Shown piece by piece: positions 1 to 13,144 of a stretch of DNA of 64,000 bases. The notes under the pieces are model-generated. The model was not told the DNA's origin, searched no databases, and saw only the letters and a list, made by a program, of their open reading frames with translations. This stretch comes from Octopus vulgaris (lineage: Eukaryota). The translations under genes and the position numbers were made by a program. The stretch's first letter is position 1; every line of letters starts with the position of its first letter. Where the stretch lies: contig OX597815.1 in assembly GCA_951406725.2 (NCBI GenBank), forward strand, positions 6,324,001 to 6,388,000, in the 5' to 3' direction.

Positions 1-545
1 CTCACTCTTTCTCTCTCTCCTTCCCCCCTTTCATTGACTTACTCATTCTCTCTCCCTCTCTCTCTCTCTCTCGCTCTCTCTCTCCCTCCCTCCCTTTCAT
101 TGACTTACTCATTCTCTCTCCCTCTCTCTTACACTCTCTCCCTCTCTCTTACTCTCTCTCTCTTCTCTGTCAACTCTCGATGTTGATGTTGATGTCGTTG
201 TTCACTCCCAAGCCAATCTTGATCGATCTATGATCAAAGGCAATCCAACCGTGATCGTCCCGTTTTATTTTTTCCTGCACACAGAGAAACTAGAGTCATG
301 TTATCCAACATGTTTGTTTGGTTATTTATTTATTTATTTTTTTGTCTTCAAATCGGAAATTATGGTTTCGGAAGATCTGGCTGCTATTTTCAGCATATTG
401 AAGTCCATGTAGAGGCTTCCTCATAATGCTGGCAACGTTGGGAGGGGGGTGCCGTTGATGTTTACGATGTTGTTGATGATGGCGGCGGTGGTGGTGGTGG
501 TGGTGGTGGTTGTGGAGGTGGTGACGAAGGTGGTGGTGATCGTAG

Positions 546-577
<32 letters not shown>

Positions 578-1160
578 GTGGTGGTGATGGTGGTGGTGGT
601 GGTGGTGGTGGTGATGGCGGTGTTGATGGTAGTGCTGAAAACGGGGTTATGGTTGTTGCCGATTTCATTGTTCTTCCCTGTTACCCCCTTATCGTCGCTC
701 ACCCCTCAAACACCGATACCCTTTCCATACCCCCTTTCTACCTACCCACCCACCCACCCACCCACCCTTTCTTTCTCCATTTCTGCATTCTTTCAAATAA
801 TTACCATTTCCACCCCCCTTACATCCGCCCCCCACTCTTTTTTTTTTTACTTCTGATGCAACTCCCTTATCCCTTACCAACTCTAAACAGACACATGTCT
901 GTTTGTCCCCCACCCCGCCCACACCCGACCCCCCTCAGCCCCTTACCGACTCCCCACCCCCGCAGCTCCCACCGACTTATGATCCCTATTTTAATGGTTG
1001 TGCTACGAAGTAGGTCAGATTGGAGGCGGCGGCGGCGGCGTCGGGAAGGGCCAGGTTCTGGGATCTTAAAACTGCGTCATTCCTATTGAAATCACCTGAG
1101 CTCATTCCACCCCCACCCCCCATACACACACCTCGCTGTTATCAGGTAATTTGTGTGTGT

Positions 1161-1208
<48 letters not shown>

Positions 1209-1727
1209 AAAGGGTACGTTGAGTGGGTGTTCTAAAAAATAAAGGAAAAGGGAGCTGTTCAGAATCTTGGCATATTTGGAAGGTAATTATTTGCTTCCTT
1301 CCAAACCCAGATCCCCCAAAATTCTTCACATTTCCATAAATGGTTCCGAAGAATTACATTTATAATCACATTACTCTCGCAGCGACTGTAAACCCTCAGA
1401 CTTCTCTGTGTTTTTTTTTTTTTTTTTTTTTTTTAGTGTTATCTGAATAAGCCCGTTGTTATCTGAGAGAGTTGCCAGTTATCTGAGGATGTCTCAGCTA
1501 TCTGAGACTATCTGAGTTGGCTGAGGGTGCCTTTGTCGGCTTCAAGTATGTTACCGTCACATTCAAGTGTGCTAAAGCAACCTTACAGTTTGTTTAAGCT
1601 TGCTTAGCTTAGGATATTATATATATATATTACTAATATAGGATGAAGTCTTTTTACAGAAAAAAATTTCATCAAAAAGTGGCAGCATATTAAAATACCT
1701 TTAAAGTTTAAAATTATAAACAACTTA

Positions 1728-1957
1728 TAAACAAGGGCAAAAGAAAATTATTTCTATGCCAATATGCTGATAACAGACTTTTAAATCGTCAATTTCTAAT
1801 CACGGACTTTTAAAAAAAAATTCTGTTGGCTAGCTTTCCTCGATTTCAGCACAACGTATTTCTGTAGTGAGTATATAATAATATGTGGAAATTGACGATT
1901 TAAAAGTCTGTTATCAGCATATTGGCATAGAAATAATTTTTTTTTTGCCCTTGTTTA
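1728..1957. repeat. Inverted repeat, ~70-bp near-perfect arms
   Basis: TAAACAAGGGCAAAA...TAAATCGTCAATTTC / GAAATTGACGATTTA...TTTGCCCTTGTTTA. Confidence 0.9.
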
Positions 1958-1967
1958 AAAGTCTTAT

Positions 1968-2013
<46 letters not shown>

Positions 2014-2357
2014 GTGTGTGTGTGTGTGTGTGTATTCAGTACTCGAAATGAGGAGCTGATAGACAACCGACAACTGATGAAGGGTCGTTTTTTATGTTAC
2101 TTGTCCTGTTTTCCAGTTGTTTCTCTCGTTGTTTACGTACTGAACTCGTTTGTTTCGTATTTCATGTTCTTTTCTGTTGGTGACGTCCTGTACCCATATA
2201 TACATATATATATATATAATTTATATTGTTATTTGATTGCACTCCACGCATCCAGTTCCAAGTAAGTTTACCTTCGAAACGCGGAGTGGCATGGCCTGCT
2301 AGTTGGAGATGCCTATCTAACTCTTGTAAACATAAGAATTCTAGCAGGCCATGCTAC

Positions 2358-2400
2358 TTCAGACTGATGACGAGCAAAGCCTCAGAAACTAGTCTCTGGG
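2358..2400 (+). ncRNA. Minimal type-I hammerhead ribozyme
   Basis: ttcaga-CTGATGA-cGAGcaaagcCTCa-GAAA-CTAG-TC-tctggg. Stem I ttcaga/tctggg, palindromic stem III ACTAGT, GUC cleavage triplet at 2392-2394. Confidence 0.75.
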
Positions 2401-4969
2401 TGCAGGCTTAGCAGGGTGGAGGTGCTTATCTCCCCCTTGTAAACACAAGGACACAGGAAATGTGTCAAGGCCGACAGGAAGCGTTGCTGCTTCCTAGGGC
2501 TAAATAGCAGTAGTATTATTCCCTTCATGGGACTGTCACATTAAGTTGACAGTATGCAACTACTTTATCGTATCACTGCTGCATAAATCTCTCTGAGAGA
2601 TTCAGAAATATATTATTTCTTTTTATATATAATGAATATGATAAAAGTTGACAATTTTTGTTTATCTTATATTTATTTTGTAAACAAATAATACAATATT
2701 ACATTCGCATTTTATAATGTTTCTTTCTTTTCTGGAAACTCGCCGCTTACCGGCAGTCGATGGTTCGAGGACCACCATTTTGAGTAGCAGTGGCTTAAAT
2801 CGTTTTCCATATACACTATTCTTTTCATAAACTCCCAACAATTTCAATCGCCAACGAAAGTTCGTGTGTTTCTGTCTAGGGCGTATTCATTTCTTGGTGT
2901 AAAAATAAATAGAGAAGAACTCTCAAGGTATACCGAAGAAAGTTATAATAAAGAATATAGTTTTTCAAAGACATTCTCTCCTAAGACTGTACTTTTACAA
3001 CTATTTCTGCGGACGCCGCTTTCTCATAAATCAAACACTTAAAAAAGATTCAAAAGAAATTACTTAGTCTATCATTCTCTTAACTCCCAACTTTTTCAAA
3101 AAAGCTCTAATTTCCACAGCTACTTCTAATTTATTTAATTACTTTCATAATAATTTACGCTATTTAAATGAAATGGTATATATATTTTCTTTTGACTTTA
3201 ATTCCCTAAACAAAATAGCATTTTCTTTCATTTTTTTTTTTTTTTTTTTTAATGTTTGTAACTATATTTCCGTTCCTCTCCAGCTGTTTTCTGAGACCTT
3301 TGTGAATTGAGATTCTCTTGATAGAAAAACTCTGTAAAGTTTGTCCTTTTGCCTGACTGGAGGAAATTGAAGTCACATTTACCAGTGATGTAAATTTAGA
3401 AGTTTAGTAGGTTTTGAGTTTATTAATTCGTCGTTAGTAGTACACTATATTAGGTAGGATACATGTAAAGACGAGAACGACCACACTAATGTATATTTGA
3501 GATTTCATATATTTTTTATTAAACCACAACCTTTATATTTGCATGTCTGCACAACGACATTTATGAGAGAACGAACAAAATAGTTAAATGTCTTCTGTGA
3601 TACAAAATGTTAGGCAATATTATGAAAGTAGTTCGTAATTATTGAAGACGGAATAAGCAGACAGTTACAACTACTGCGTGTAAGTACAATACAACCAAAG
3701 GCTGGTGTCTTTTGTTGAATACTACACTCGCATGTTAAGTAAGGAAAATTAGAAGAGGGTGAAAGACCAATTCACAGAGAAGAGAGTTAGATGGCTTCGT
3801 GTAGACTTCTGGGTGATTCTGTTGGGGGTTCAGTTCACCAGCTTTTTATAACCCAACGGAGTTATTCTAGAAGATTCGACCAAAGTATTAAACGGGAAGA
3901 TTTTAGCTCATTTGGTTTACACACCAGCTGATTTGACTGGTCAAGCCATGTTCACATAGACGTTAATGCCTTTCAATGACTACACAATTTTTCCCAAACA
4001 AGCCTTGCCTTTTACGGTTGCATGGTCGGCCGCGGCCCTGAAGTGGATAACCTGAGCACAATGGTTCAAAACTAAAAAGGAGCCTTGCTACAGAAGTTGT
4101 TTTCTCATTCCTCATCAAGGCGATGCCCCAGCATGGCCATAGTCCAGACTGAAATAAGTAGAACTTGTAAAAATATCTGAAGGAATTCACTAAAGCAAAC
4201 ATACAAACCTTCTTCTTCTTCTTCTTCTTCTTCTTCTTCTTCTTCTTCTTCTTCTTCTCCTCCTCCTCCTCCTCTCCTTTCAAAGACAGGCGTGTGCTGT
4301 TGTGTGATATCACATGTCTGATTCTTTAACAAAAACAATGAGGTGTTGAATATCTCCCGCTCAAAGTTAATCCTAATCTGTGGATAACTTAAATCCCTTT
4401 TCTCCAAAATAAAAGCGATAATATGTTGTAATTGCTAATGTTTGTTTGAAATAGTAGAACGACTAGCTTACTATACAAGAGATTTCTATCTCAAGCATTA
4501 GTCTTTTTTTAATGGCGACTCGAGTTTCACTGGAGCAGACGATACCATCATGGACGTCAGGATTTGATTAAATTTGTTTTGATGTTTTATGTATTTCTCA
4601 TAGAAGAGCGAGAGTGAATGAGTGGGAGAGAGAAAGTGATAGAGGAAGAATGAAACGAAGGACAACTTAACGTCACTGTTACTTTACACCCCAGACGACA
4701 TTATAAACCACTTCACTATCTCACTCTACATCCGGGCCGCATGCAGCAATGTCGCCGCAGCAGCGCTACATTCAAAACAGCATCTCACTGACGCAGTAAC
4801 TGCAATTTTGACATGACTTCTCTACCACACTCCCACCCGACATGTTCTTCAACGTCCCTCCAGAACTTTTCCAGATGATTACATATCGTTTCTCATTCTT
4901 CGAAGGAATTCATCTTCGAAGTTGTCCATCTCCGAATAACTCATCTAGTGTAAAGAATCAACTTTCTCT

Positions 4970-5560
4970 GTGTAGATTCTTTAGCTTGGGTCCGGTTCAA
5001 AACCGACCTCGGCTGTATATAGCAACCATAGCCGGCAGCATTAATCACGGTGACTAAGATCAAATATTTTCCTGATGAAACACTTGACATCCTTTATTCT
5101 TAGTCTAAATCATCTCACAATCCACTCTGCCATTCTTCTGCATATGTTACAATTCTCAGCTTCAGTACAGTCTCTAAACTCTATTATTTATAGCCCCCTC
5201 CTTCCGGCCTCTGCATCCTTGTTGTCCTGTATTGCCAGAGAATTCGTCACAAAACACTTGAGACTTTCAAGCGTTGACCTTCATCTTGTTCCATTTTTTT
5301 TTCAGTCCATCAGTACACAGCATCGAGGTCCTTGTGCAAGTTTTTTTAGACATCTCCAATCATGGTCATAAATATGTTAAGAATGGTTTTGTTGATAACC
5401 CAGAATAAGTCTGATAGAGATATTACAAACACCGTCTCTTATGGTAGCCCTTCCCTATTAGCTGTTTCTACTCTAAAGACAGCGTTGGCAACAACAATCT
5501 GACTTGTGTTTTTAGCAAACCATAAAGCCATTCCCTTAGACTGCAACTATACACCAGTCA
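4970..5560 (-). pseudogene. Highly decayed LINE reverse-transcriptase fragment
   Basis: Minus-strand translation near 5260-5350 gives LHKDLDAVY*W...NKMKVNA*KSQV, resembling the post-YADD LQ.DL..L..W...N.M..N..K motif; many stops. Confidence 0.5.
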
Positions 5561-5717
5561 CGAAGTTTGTGAAATATTATCTTGTGATCAACTTTAAAAA
5601 AAAGCACATTACAAAATCTAAGTACATTACATCACATTTTAATTGGTTGAGCAGCTAAAGTACGCAGTCGTAATGCAGTAGAAGCTGTGTCAGACAACTT
5701 CGTTGAGGAGCTTCTGC

Positions 5718-6050
5718 AGTGGAGGTGCAATGGCCCAGTGGTTAGGGCAGCGGACTCGCGGTTGTAGGATCGCGGTTTTGGTTCCCAGACCGGGCGTTGT
5801 GTGTGTTTATTGAGCGAAAACACCTAAAGCTCCACGAGGCTCCGGCAGGGGGTGGTGGCGACCACTGTTGTACTCTTTCGCTCCAACTTTCTCTCTCTCA
5901 CTCTTTCTTCCTGTTTCTTGTCCCCGACTTCCTACGCTACCGCTGAGCCTGGATGCGCATTCATCCATCCGTCGATGCTCTCGGTGTCGGGGGTTGAACT
6001 GCTTTCTCTTCTGCGGGTCTTACGAATAGCAAAGAACCATGTTTCGGACT
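5718..6050 (+). mobile_element. Family-C tRNA-derived SINE
   Basis: Head GTGGAGG(C/T)GCAATGGCCCAGTGGTTAGGGCAGCGGAC...TTCCCAGACCGGG, shared with copies at 16677, 48633, 55377 and 55757. Confidence 0.85.
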
Positions 6051-7477
6051 TCTCCCACTGGACGAAGACCGCTACGCTCAACAGCAACAGCAGCTTCTGC
6101 ATGGATAGAAACTAAGCTGGGTATTATTCAGCTAGCCATTTTCCATCTAAGAACCTAATTTCTCATCTGATGAGTTGCTCCATGACCTTGTCGATATATG
6201 AAGCCTTCTTCTATTTGGCTTCATTCTTTTTGGTTTAAGACACATTATGCCTTACTCCAGGTTTTGTGGGGTTTCCTACTCTCGAGAAAACTATGGAAAG
6301 GTAATTGAAGTGGTTTAGCCATCAGGGCCTGTTGCTGAGTTAATTACCAATTTTGTCTATGGCAGCGATTGCATTTAGTTTCTGTTGAATTTATGCGGTT
6401 AATGGTTGCAACTTCAGATAGGGCCTTTACTACTGAAAAGCTCTTTTGGTGTAACTGTTTCTCTGTGTGTGTGTGTGTGTGTGTACTATATATTAACTTT
6501 TATACAAGGAAAAGATTGTGTCGTTGAAGGCGAGCAGGCCGAAACTTCGAAGTCACTATCAATCATCTTATAAATTATGAATACGTATCAAGTAATCAAT
6601 TAGTTTGTAGTTTTATATATATATATATATCTCAAACAATGCGCGGCACACAAACGCATACGTGTGTGTGTCTATGGATGTAATATACGTGTACGTACAT
6701 ATACAGAGAAAAAGAGAGGAAGAGATCCATATTTTACATGCATGCATCTGCATGTTTCTCTCCCTCCCCCTCTCCCCTCTCTCTCTCTCTCCCTCTCTCT
6801 CTCTCTCCCTCTCTCTGTTTCTACATCTGACTGATTTGATTATCATCATTGTACTATTAATTTCCGTTTGCTCTCTCTACCTCCCCTCCAATCTCCTACC
6901 CCCTCTCCCTCTCTCCTTCACCCTCTCTCTCTCCCTCCCTCCCTCCCTCTCTCTGTATCTTACTCATCTGATATTTTTTTACTCTTTCTTTCCCCCCCTT
7001 CCATCTTCCTCCTCCTCCTCACACTCTTACACCTTTTCTCCAGCCTCTCTTTATCTCCTCCACTTTCTCTCTCTCTCCCTCTCCTCCTCTCTCCATCTCT
7101 TCTCCTCTCTCCCTCTCCTCCTCTCTCCATCTCTTCTCCTCTCTCCCTCTCTTCTCCTCTCTCCCTCTTTCTCTCTCTCTAAATTACCCATCTGTTATTT
7201 TTTACTCTTTCTTTCCCCTTCCATCTTCCTCCTCCTCCTCCTCCTCCTCCTCACACTCTTACACCTTTTCTCCATCGTCTCTCTCTCTCTCTCCTCTCTC
7301 TCTCTTCTCACACACGTGTACTTTTGGTGCGGGGGTATCTTCTAATAATATCGTCTGCTTGACACCATCAGATCGCATCGTTCGTTGCTATAGCAACAGT
7401 AGCAACAACAGCCATCACTTTTACTACCATCATCATCATCACCACCACCACCTCCACCCTTACTAGCAGCAGTAGCA

Positions 7478-7708
7478 TTAGTAGTAGTAGTGGTGGTGGT
7501 GGTGGTGGTAGTGGTGGTGGTGGTGGTGGTGGTGGTAGTAGTAGTAGTGGTGGTAGTAGTATTATTATTATTATTAGTAGTAGTAGTGGTGGTAGTGGTG
7601 GTGGTGGTGGTGGTAGTAGTGGTGGTAGTGGTGGTGGTGGTGGTGGTGGTGGTGGTAGTAGTAGTAGTAGTAGTGGTGGTGGTGGTAGTAGTGGTGGTAG
7701 TAGTAGTG

Positions 7709-7749
<41 letters not shown>

Positions 7750-7867
7750 AGTGGTGGTGGTGGTGGTGGTGGTAGTAGTGGTGGTAGTGGTGGTGGTGGT
7801 GGTGGTGGTGGTAGTAGTAGTAGTAGTAGTGGTGGTGGTGGTGGTAGTAGTGGTGGTAGTAGTAGTG

Positions 7868-7914
<47 letters not shown>

Positions 7915-8032
7915 GGTGGTGGTAGTAGTGGTGGTAGTGGTGGTGGTGGTGGTGGTGGTGGTGGTGGTAGTAGTAGTAGTAGTAGTGGTGGTGGTGGTGG
8001 TGGTGGTGGTAGTAGTGGTGGTGGTGGTGGTG

Positions 8033-8073
<41 letters not shown>

Positions 8074-8175
8074 GGTGGTGGTGGTAGTAGTGGTGGTAGT
8101 GGTGGTGTGGTGGTAGTAGTGGTGGTGGTGGTGGTGGTGGTGGTGGCGGCGGTGGTGGTGGTGGTAGTAGTAGTG

Positions 8176-8227
<52 letters not shown>

Positions 8228-8240
8228 CAGCAGCAGCAAG
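7478..8240. repeat. Compound (GTA)n/(GTG)n microsatellite, ~760 bp
   Basis: Seen directly; source of the poly-V/T/P/H ORFs. Confidence 0.97.
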
Positions 8241-8841
8241 TAGTAAGTAAAATTGATGACAAGACATCATCTTGTTGGTCCAGAAACCCGGGTTGTTTAT
8301 TTAAAAGGAAGGAGCAAGTCCTGACAGGAAGCCGAGGCCAGTTTCGGGTTTTACTAGATCTGAACTAATCATTATCCGATCTGTTTGTCTGACGTCTGCC
8401 GCCAACAAGATGTCAGCCAGCAGCTTTTGTTTAAGATGAGAATCACTTGTTAAGGATGTGAAACAAAGCGCGCCATTGTGTCCAATGTCGCTCACACTTG
8501 TTTGGCTTAAAAAACTGCGCAAACCTATTCCGAGACTTAATCTCGGTTTGTTTCGAGCCTGTGATTTACTTTTTTCCCCCACTCTTGGTTTTTTTTTTGT
8601 TTATCTCTTGGTCGCATCTTGAAGTGTATGATTAAACAATCACAAACACAAACGAATATATACGCACACGCACATACACACACACACACTCACACACACA
8701 CACACATACACATACCCTTGCATACACCACGCTCACGTGCTCTCTCTCTCTCACACACACACACATGCACACACACACACACGCCATATACACAGAATAT
8801 AGACACACTATTTCACAGACGCAAGGATGCCCATTCTCACT

Positions 8842-8886
<45 letters not shown>

Positions 8887-11282
8887 CCACACACCACATT
8901 CACAGACACCCAGGTTTCAGTCATTTGCCTGCGGCCATGCTGGAGCACCGCCTTTAGACGTGCACACACACACACACACACGCACGCATTTCACGTGTGC
9001 ACACATACACACACATTCTCTCTCACACACCACAGACATAGACACACATTCATATGCACCCGCTTTCACACCCGCGCACCCACACACACACACTTTTACA
9101 CACACACCATGTTTCGAGGAAATGGATTTGTCGTTTTGTTTCAACGATAAAATTATAATTCCAGTGAACACAAATGTAAAATGTCTGAGTATTCCGTGGA
9201 CAGAGTCAGTGTATGTACGTGATAAGGCTGGTGTTCGTTGAATTACAGTCCTGGGTCATCCAAGAACTTTCCCGATTCCTGATTCTGTCTCTCATGTGCT
9301 ATAAGACACTTTTTGCCAAAGATGCCACGCAGTGGGAGCGAACTGGGAATCTCATGATTGCATTGCAATACAGAATCCTAAAGACACACACTTGTACACA
9401 TGCTTCTTCCTCCTCCTCCTTCTTCTCTCCCCCTCCTCCTCCTCCTCCTCCATCATGTTCTTCTTCCTCTTCTTCTTCTTCTTCGTCTTTTTCTTCTTCT
9501 TCTCTTCTCCACTTCCTCCTTCTCCATCATGTTCTTGTTCTTGCTCTTTTTCTTCTCCTTCTTCTCCTGATTCTTCTTCTCCTCCTTCTCCTTCTTCTTC
9601 TCTCTCTCTTACCCCCTCATCTCTCTATAAAACCCGCATCATATATTTATAACGATTCTCTCCCCACCCCCTCGCCTTCGTCCCCACTTATCTATTATAT
9701 CTAACATCATATCTGCATCAAACTCACGCGCACGCGCGTACAACAATTATTTTTTTCCCCCACATATGATGAGAGAGAGAAAAAAAAGAGCCATCTTAGG
9801 ACATGGATCTACTTGATCAGGACTGATCTGAAACTAAACTATTTTCTCTTTCAAACACACACACCCATACACTACCTGACTCTCTCTTTCTCTCTCACTC
9901 AATCACACACACTCTCTCTCTCTCTCTCACACACACATGTACACACACGTTTTCCTGATGTCTAACAAGATAACGCATAGCTGTGGGGATAACAGATTCG
10001 CTTCACGACTTTGTGGAAAGGAGACCATCACAGATATCGCTACTTCTTTCAAATGTCCAACTTAAAGGCGAATTTGTTCCTTCTAAGCCGCGAATAATCA
10101 AAGCAAACTAAAAATAAACCTTCACTATTTCAAAGAAAATGTCTGCCAGTCATGTAATAAAGGTCGTCTGCAGAGCTACAGAGGAAGGCGCGTGGTCTAA
10201 CGGTTAGAGTGTTGCGCTCGTGACCGCAAGATTGTGGTTTCGATTCTTGGACCGGTGCAATCTTTTTTCTTGCGTAAAACACTCCATTTTTTTTTTTTTG
10301 CTGCAGTCAACTCAGCTCTAAATGAATAACTCTGCGACGAATTGGCGAATTGGCATAAGACACCGATAGAATAAGTAGCAGGCTTAAACATGCAACTACT
10401 GGGGTCGATTCGTTTCCTTAAAATTCTTCAAATAAATTTCGCTAATTCTCATTGTGAAATTATGGGATGCCAGAATCACTACTTCCGGTCAATTTACCAC
10501 CATTTTTTTTTTGTCTTTAAACCCCTAAACTGCTTGTTATCCAAAGCCTCTCATTTTCGACATGGAACAAGCATCTCCGGGGCCCAGTGTGTGGGTGTTG
10601 TGACTCTCATCCTGTCGTAACCACAGAATGTGTGTGTGTGCTTTTCCCTTTAATTGCCCTCCGGTAGTTTCTGACTCAATTTTTTTCTTATTACACTAAA
10701 CACAATTTCCAATTTGCTTCTCCTTCGAAACTTAAAAATAAAATTAACCAAAGAAGTGCTGCAAGGTCAATCAATTCGATTGCTAATTAATTGATATTAC
10801 AGTCGGAAACTGAACAAAGCAACTGCTAAGATAATTACACCCAGAATCAAGCGTAAATTGGTTGTCAAACCAAAATTCTTCATTCAATGTCTCTTCATGT
10901 GATTAGAAAGACTCATTATCGTTTCGTTTCAGAACAGAAACACTATATTCGGGTTTCCCTGCGTTCAAGAAACTGTTTGTGAAATAAGTTTAGTTCTCGT
11001 CACTTCACTGTTTGTCGTTGTAATCACCAGTTTGACATGGTTCACGCTCATTCATCATTATAGCACCCACCTTCCTCTCTGTCACACTCTCCCGCTTTCG
11101 AAATAATTACCAGGACACGATACTGTCAATCTCTGCCTCTCTAATAGTGTGGAAGGCGCGTGGCGGAGTGGTTAGGGGTATTCGGTTCAAGCTCATAAGG
11201 ACACGAGTTCGATATCTGAGGGTGCATTCTGTTCTTGAGCAAGACACTTTATTTCACTCAGCTGGGGCAAAGACGAGTAATA

Positions 11283-11690
11283 CCTGGCAGAAACGTTAGC
11301 ATACCGGGCGAAATACTTGGCGATATTTCGTCTGTCGTTACGTTCTGAGTTCAAATTCCGCTGAGGTCGACTTTGCCTTTCATCCTTTCGGGGTCGATAA
11401 ATTAAGTACCAGTTACGGACTGGGGTCGATGTAATCGACTTAATCCTTTTATCTGTTCTTGTTTGCCTCCCTCTGTGTTTAGCCCCTTGTGGGCAATAAA
11501 TAAATAGATATTTCGTCTGCCATTACGTCCTGAGTTCAAATTCCGCCGAGGTCGACTTTGCCTTTCATCCTTTCGGGGTCGATAAATTAAGTACCAGTTA
11601 CGCACTGGGGTCGATGTAATCGACTTAATCCCTTTGTCTGTCCTTGTTTGTCCCCTCTGTGTTTAGCTCCTTGTGGGTAGTAAAGAAATA
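11283..11690 (+). mobile_element. Family-B SINE, two modules
   Basis: Head plus two copies of the TTCTGAGTTCAAATTCCG...AAAGAAATA module. Confidence 0.85.
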
Positions 11691-12110
11691 TATAATTATT
11701 AACTAAAGAAATTCCAGCAGCTGTTATGTAAATAGTTATTCTGGTGTGTTGGTCATGGATTAGAGATAGGACAGTCGTATATTTAACGGGATAGAGGTAG
11801 AGTTTAATTAATGTTGTATGGTCTCACTGATCCTCATAAATGTCTTGTTTCAGTGTGTGTTTGTGTCGAGTTTTATATAAAATCAATTCAACATTAAACC
11901 GGAACATCACTGAATACATTTTAATGGAGGATATATTTTTAATAACATTTTACTCATAAACACTTGACAGTGGCGTTGAAGTTTCAGTTTGCTCGCCTTT
12001 TATCAGACAGACTGACGAAGGTATGTGTGTGTGCGTTTGTGTGCGTCTTAAACTCACATACATACACACGTGTGTGTCTGTCTGTGTAATATTGGCCGAG
12101 GATATAAATA

Positions 12111-12324
12111 TTACTCTTTTACTTGTTTGTCATTTGATTGAGGCCATGCTGGAGCACCGCCTTTAGTCGAGCAAATCGACCCCGGGACTTATTCTATCGG
12201 ACTCTTTTGCCGAACCGCTAAGTGACGGGGACGTACACACACCAGCATCGGTTGTCAAGCAATGCTAGGGGGACAAACACACTCACACAAACACATACAC
12301 ACATACACACACACACACACACAT

Positions 12325-12403
<79 letters not shown>

Positions 12404-12570
12404 TACGACAGGCTTCTTTCAGTTTCCGTCTACCAAATCCACTCACAAGGCATTGGTCGGCCCGGGGCTATAGCAGAAGACACTTGCCCAAGATGCCACG
12501 CAGTGGGATTGAACCCGGAACCATGTGGTTGGTTAGCAAGCTACTTACCACACAGCCACTCCTGCGCCTA
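12111..12570 (-). mobile_element. Family-A tRNA-derived SINE (~400 bp, internal AT/GT microsatellite)
   Basis: Head GGAGTGGCTGTGTGGTAAG...GGTTCAATCCC; tail GGCGGTGCTCCAGCATGGCC...AAACAAGTAAAAGAG; at least 14 copies in the window. Confidence 0.9.
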
Positions 12571-12772
12571 TATTGGTGATTAAAGCAAAATATTTTTTTT
12601 AAATGGTGTTCTTTGGTACAGTCTTTGGCAGTATTATTTATTCTGCACCGTTTGAGACACAATCCACGATACTCTCACCATCAAGAAATGCGATGACGGG
12701 AAACCAGTGATGGTTTGTTAGCTACCATTGACCCCATTGTTCACTAATAACAAAATAGAAAGAAAATAAATA

Positions 12773-13144
12773 CAGTAGAACCTCGCAGTACGAGTGTCCC
12801 CATTGTACGAGTAATTTTTATGTACGAGCCGAGACTCATGCGAATTTTTGTCTTAAAGTACGAACACACAAATCGTCCCATCTTTAAGGCAATTCAGTTA
12901 ATAAAACCAGTTTATATATTTCTTGGGCATTCTCTCTTTTATAATTGTCATTTTACCTGTAACTACATCTTTTCTGTTTTTAAAACCCATAAAAAGATTT
13001 TTTTGGGGTGGTTTTTGTGGGGCTGGAACGGATTAATTGTATTCTAGTTAATTCCAATGGTAAAAATCGATTCGTAAAACGAGTAAATCGTAAAACGAGC
13101 TCGGTCATGGAACGAATTAAACTCGCACTACTGAGGTATCACTG
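12773..13144. mobile_element. Tc1/mariner (Tigger/pogo-like) MITE
   Basis: TA|CAGTAGAACCTCGCAGTACGAGT ... ACTCGCACTACTGAGGTATCACTG|TA. Confidence 0.75.

Noticed and set aside
421-702. Low-complexity ORF as a host exon
   Set aside because: Mostly (ACC)/(ATC) repeats; no recognisable motif or convincing splice sites.
1010-1151. First exon ending at CAG|GTAATT
   Set aside because: Only a donor-like hexamer and a (GGC)n run; not enough support without transcript data.
2044-2090. Hammerhead at CTGATGA 2074-2080 (same family at 15033-15039, minus)
   Set aside because: No properly placed GAAA, stem III and NUH could be assembled; probably a rearranged repeat fragment.
6973-7280. ~75-bp direct duplication in a CT-rich tract (similar at 26-128)
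   Set aside because: Ordinary local duplication within low-complexity DNA.
7342-8270. Long poly-T/V/P/H ORFs (also 34745-35509, 49850-50743, 29439-30701)
   Set aside because: Translations of simple repeats, open in several frames at once, with no domain content.
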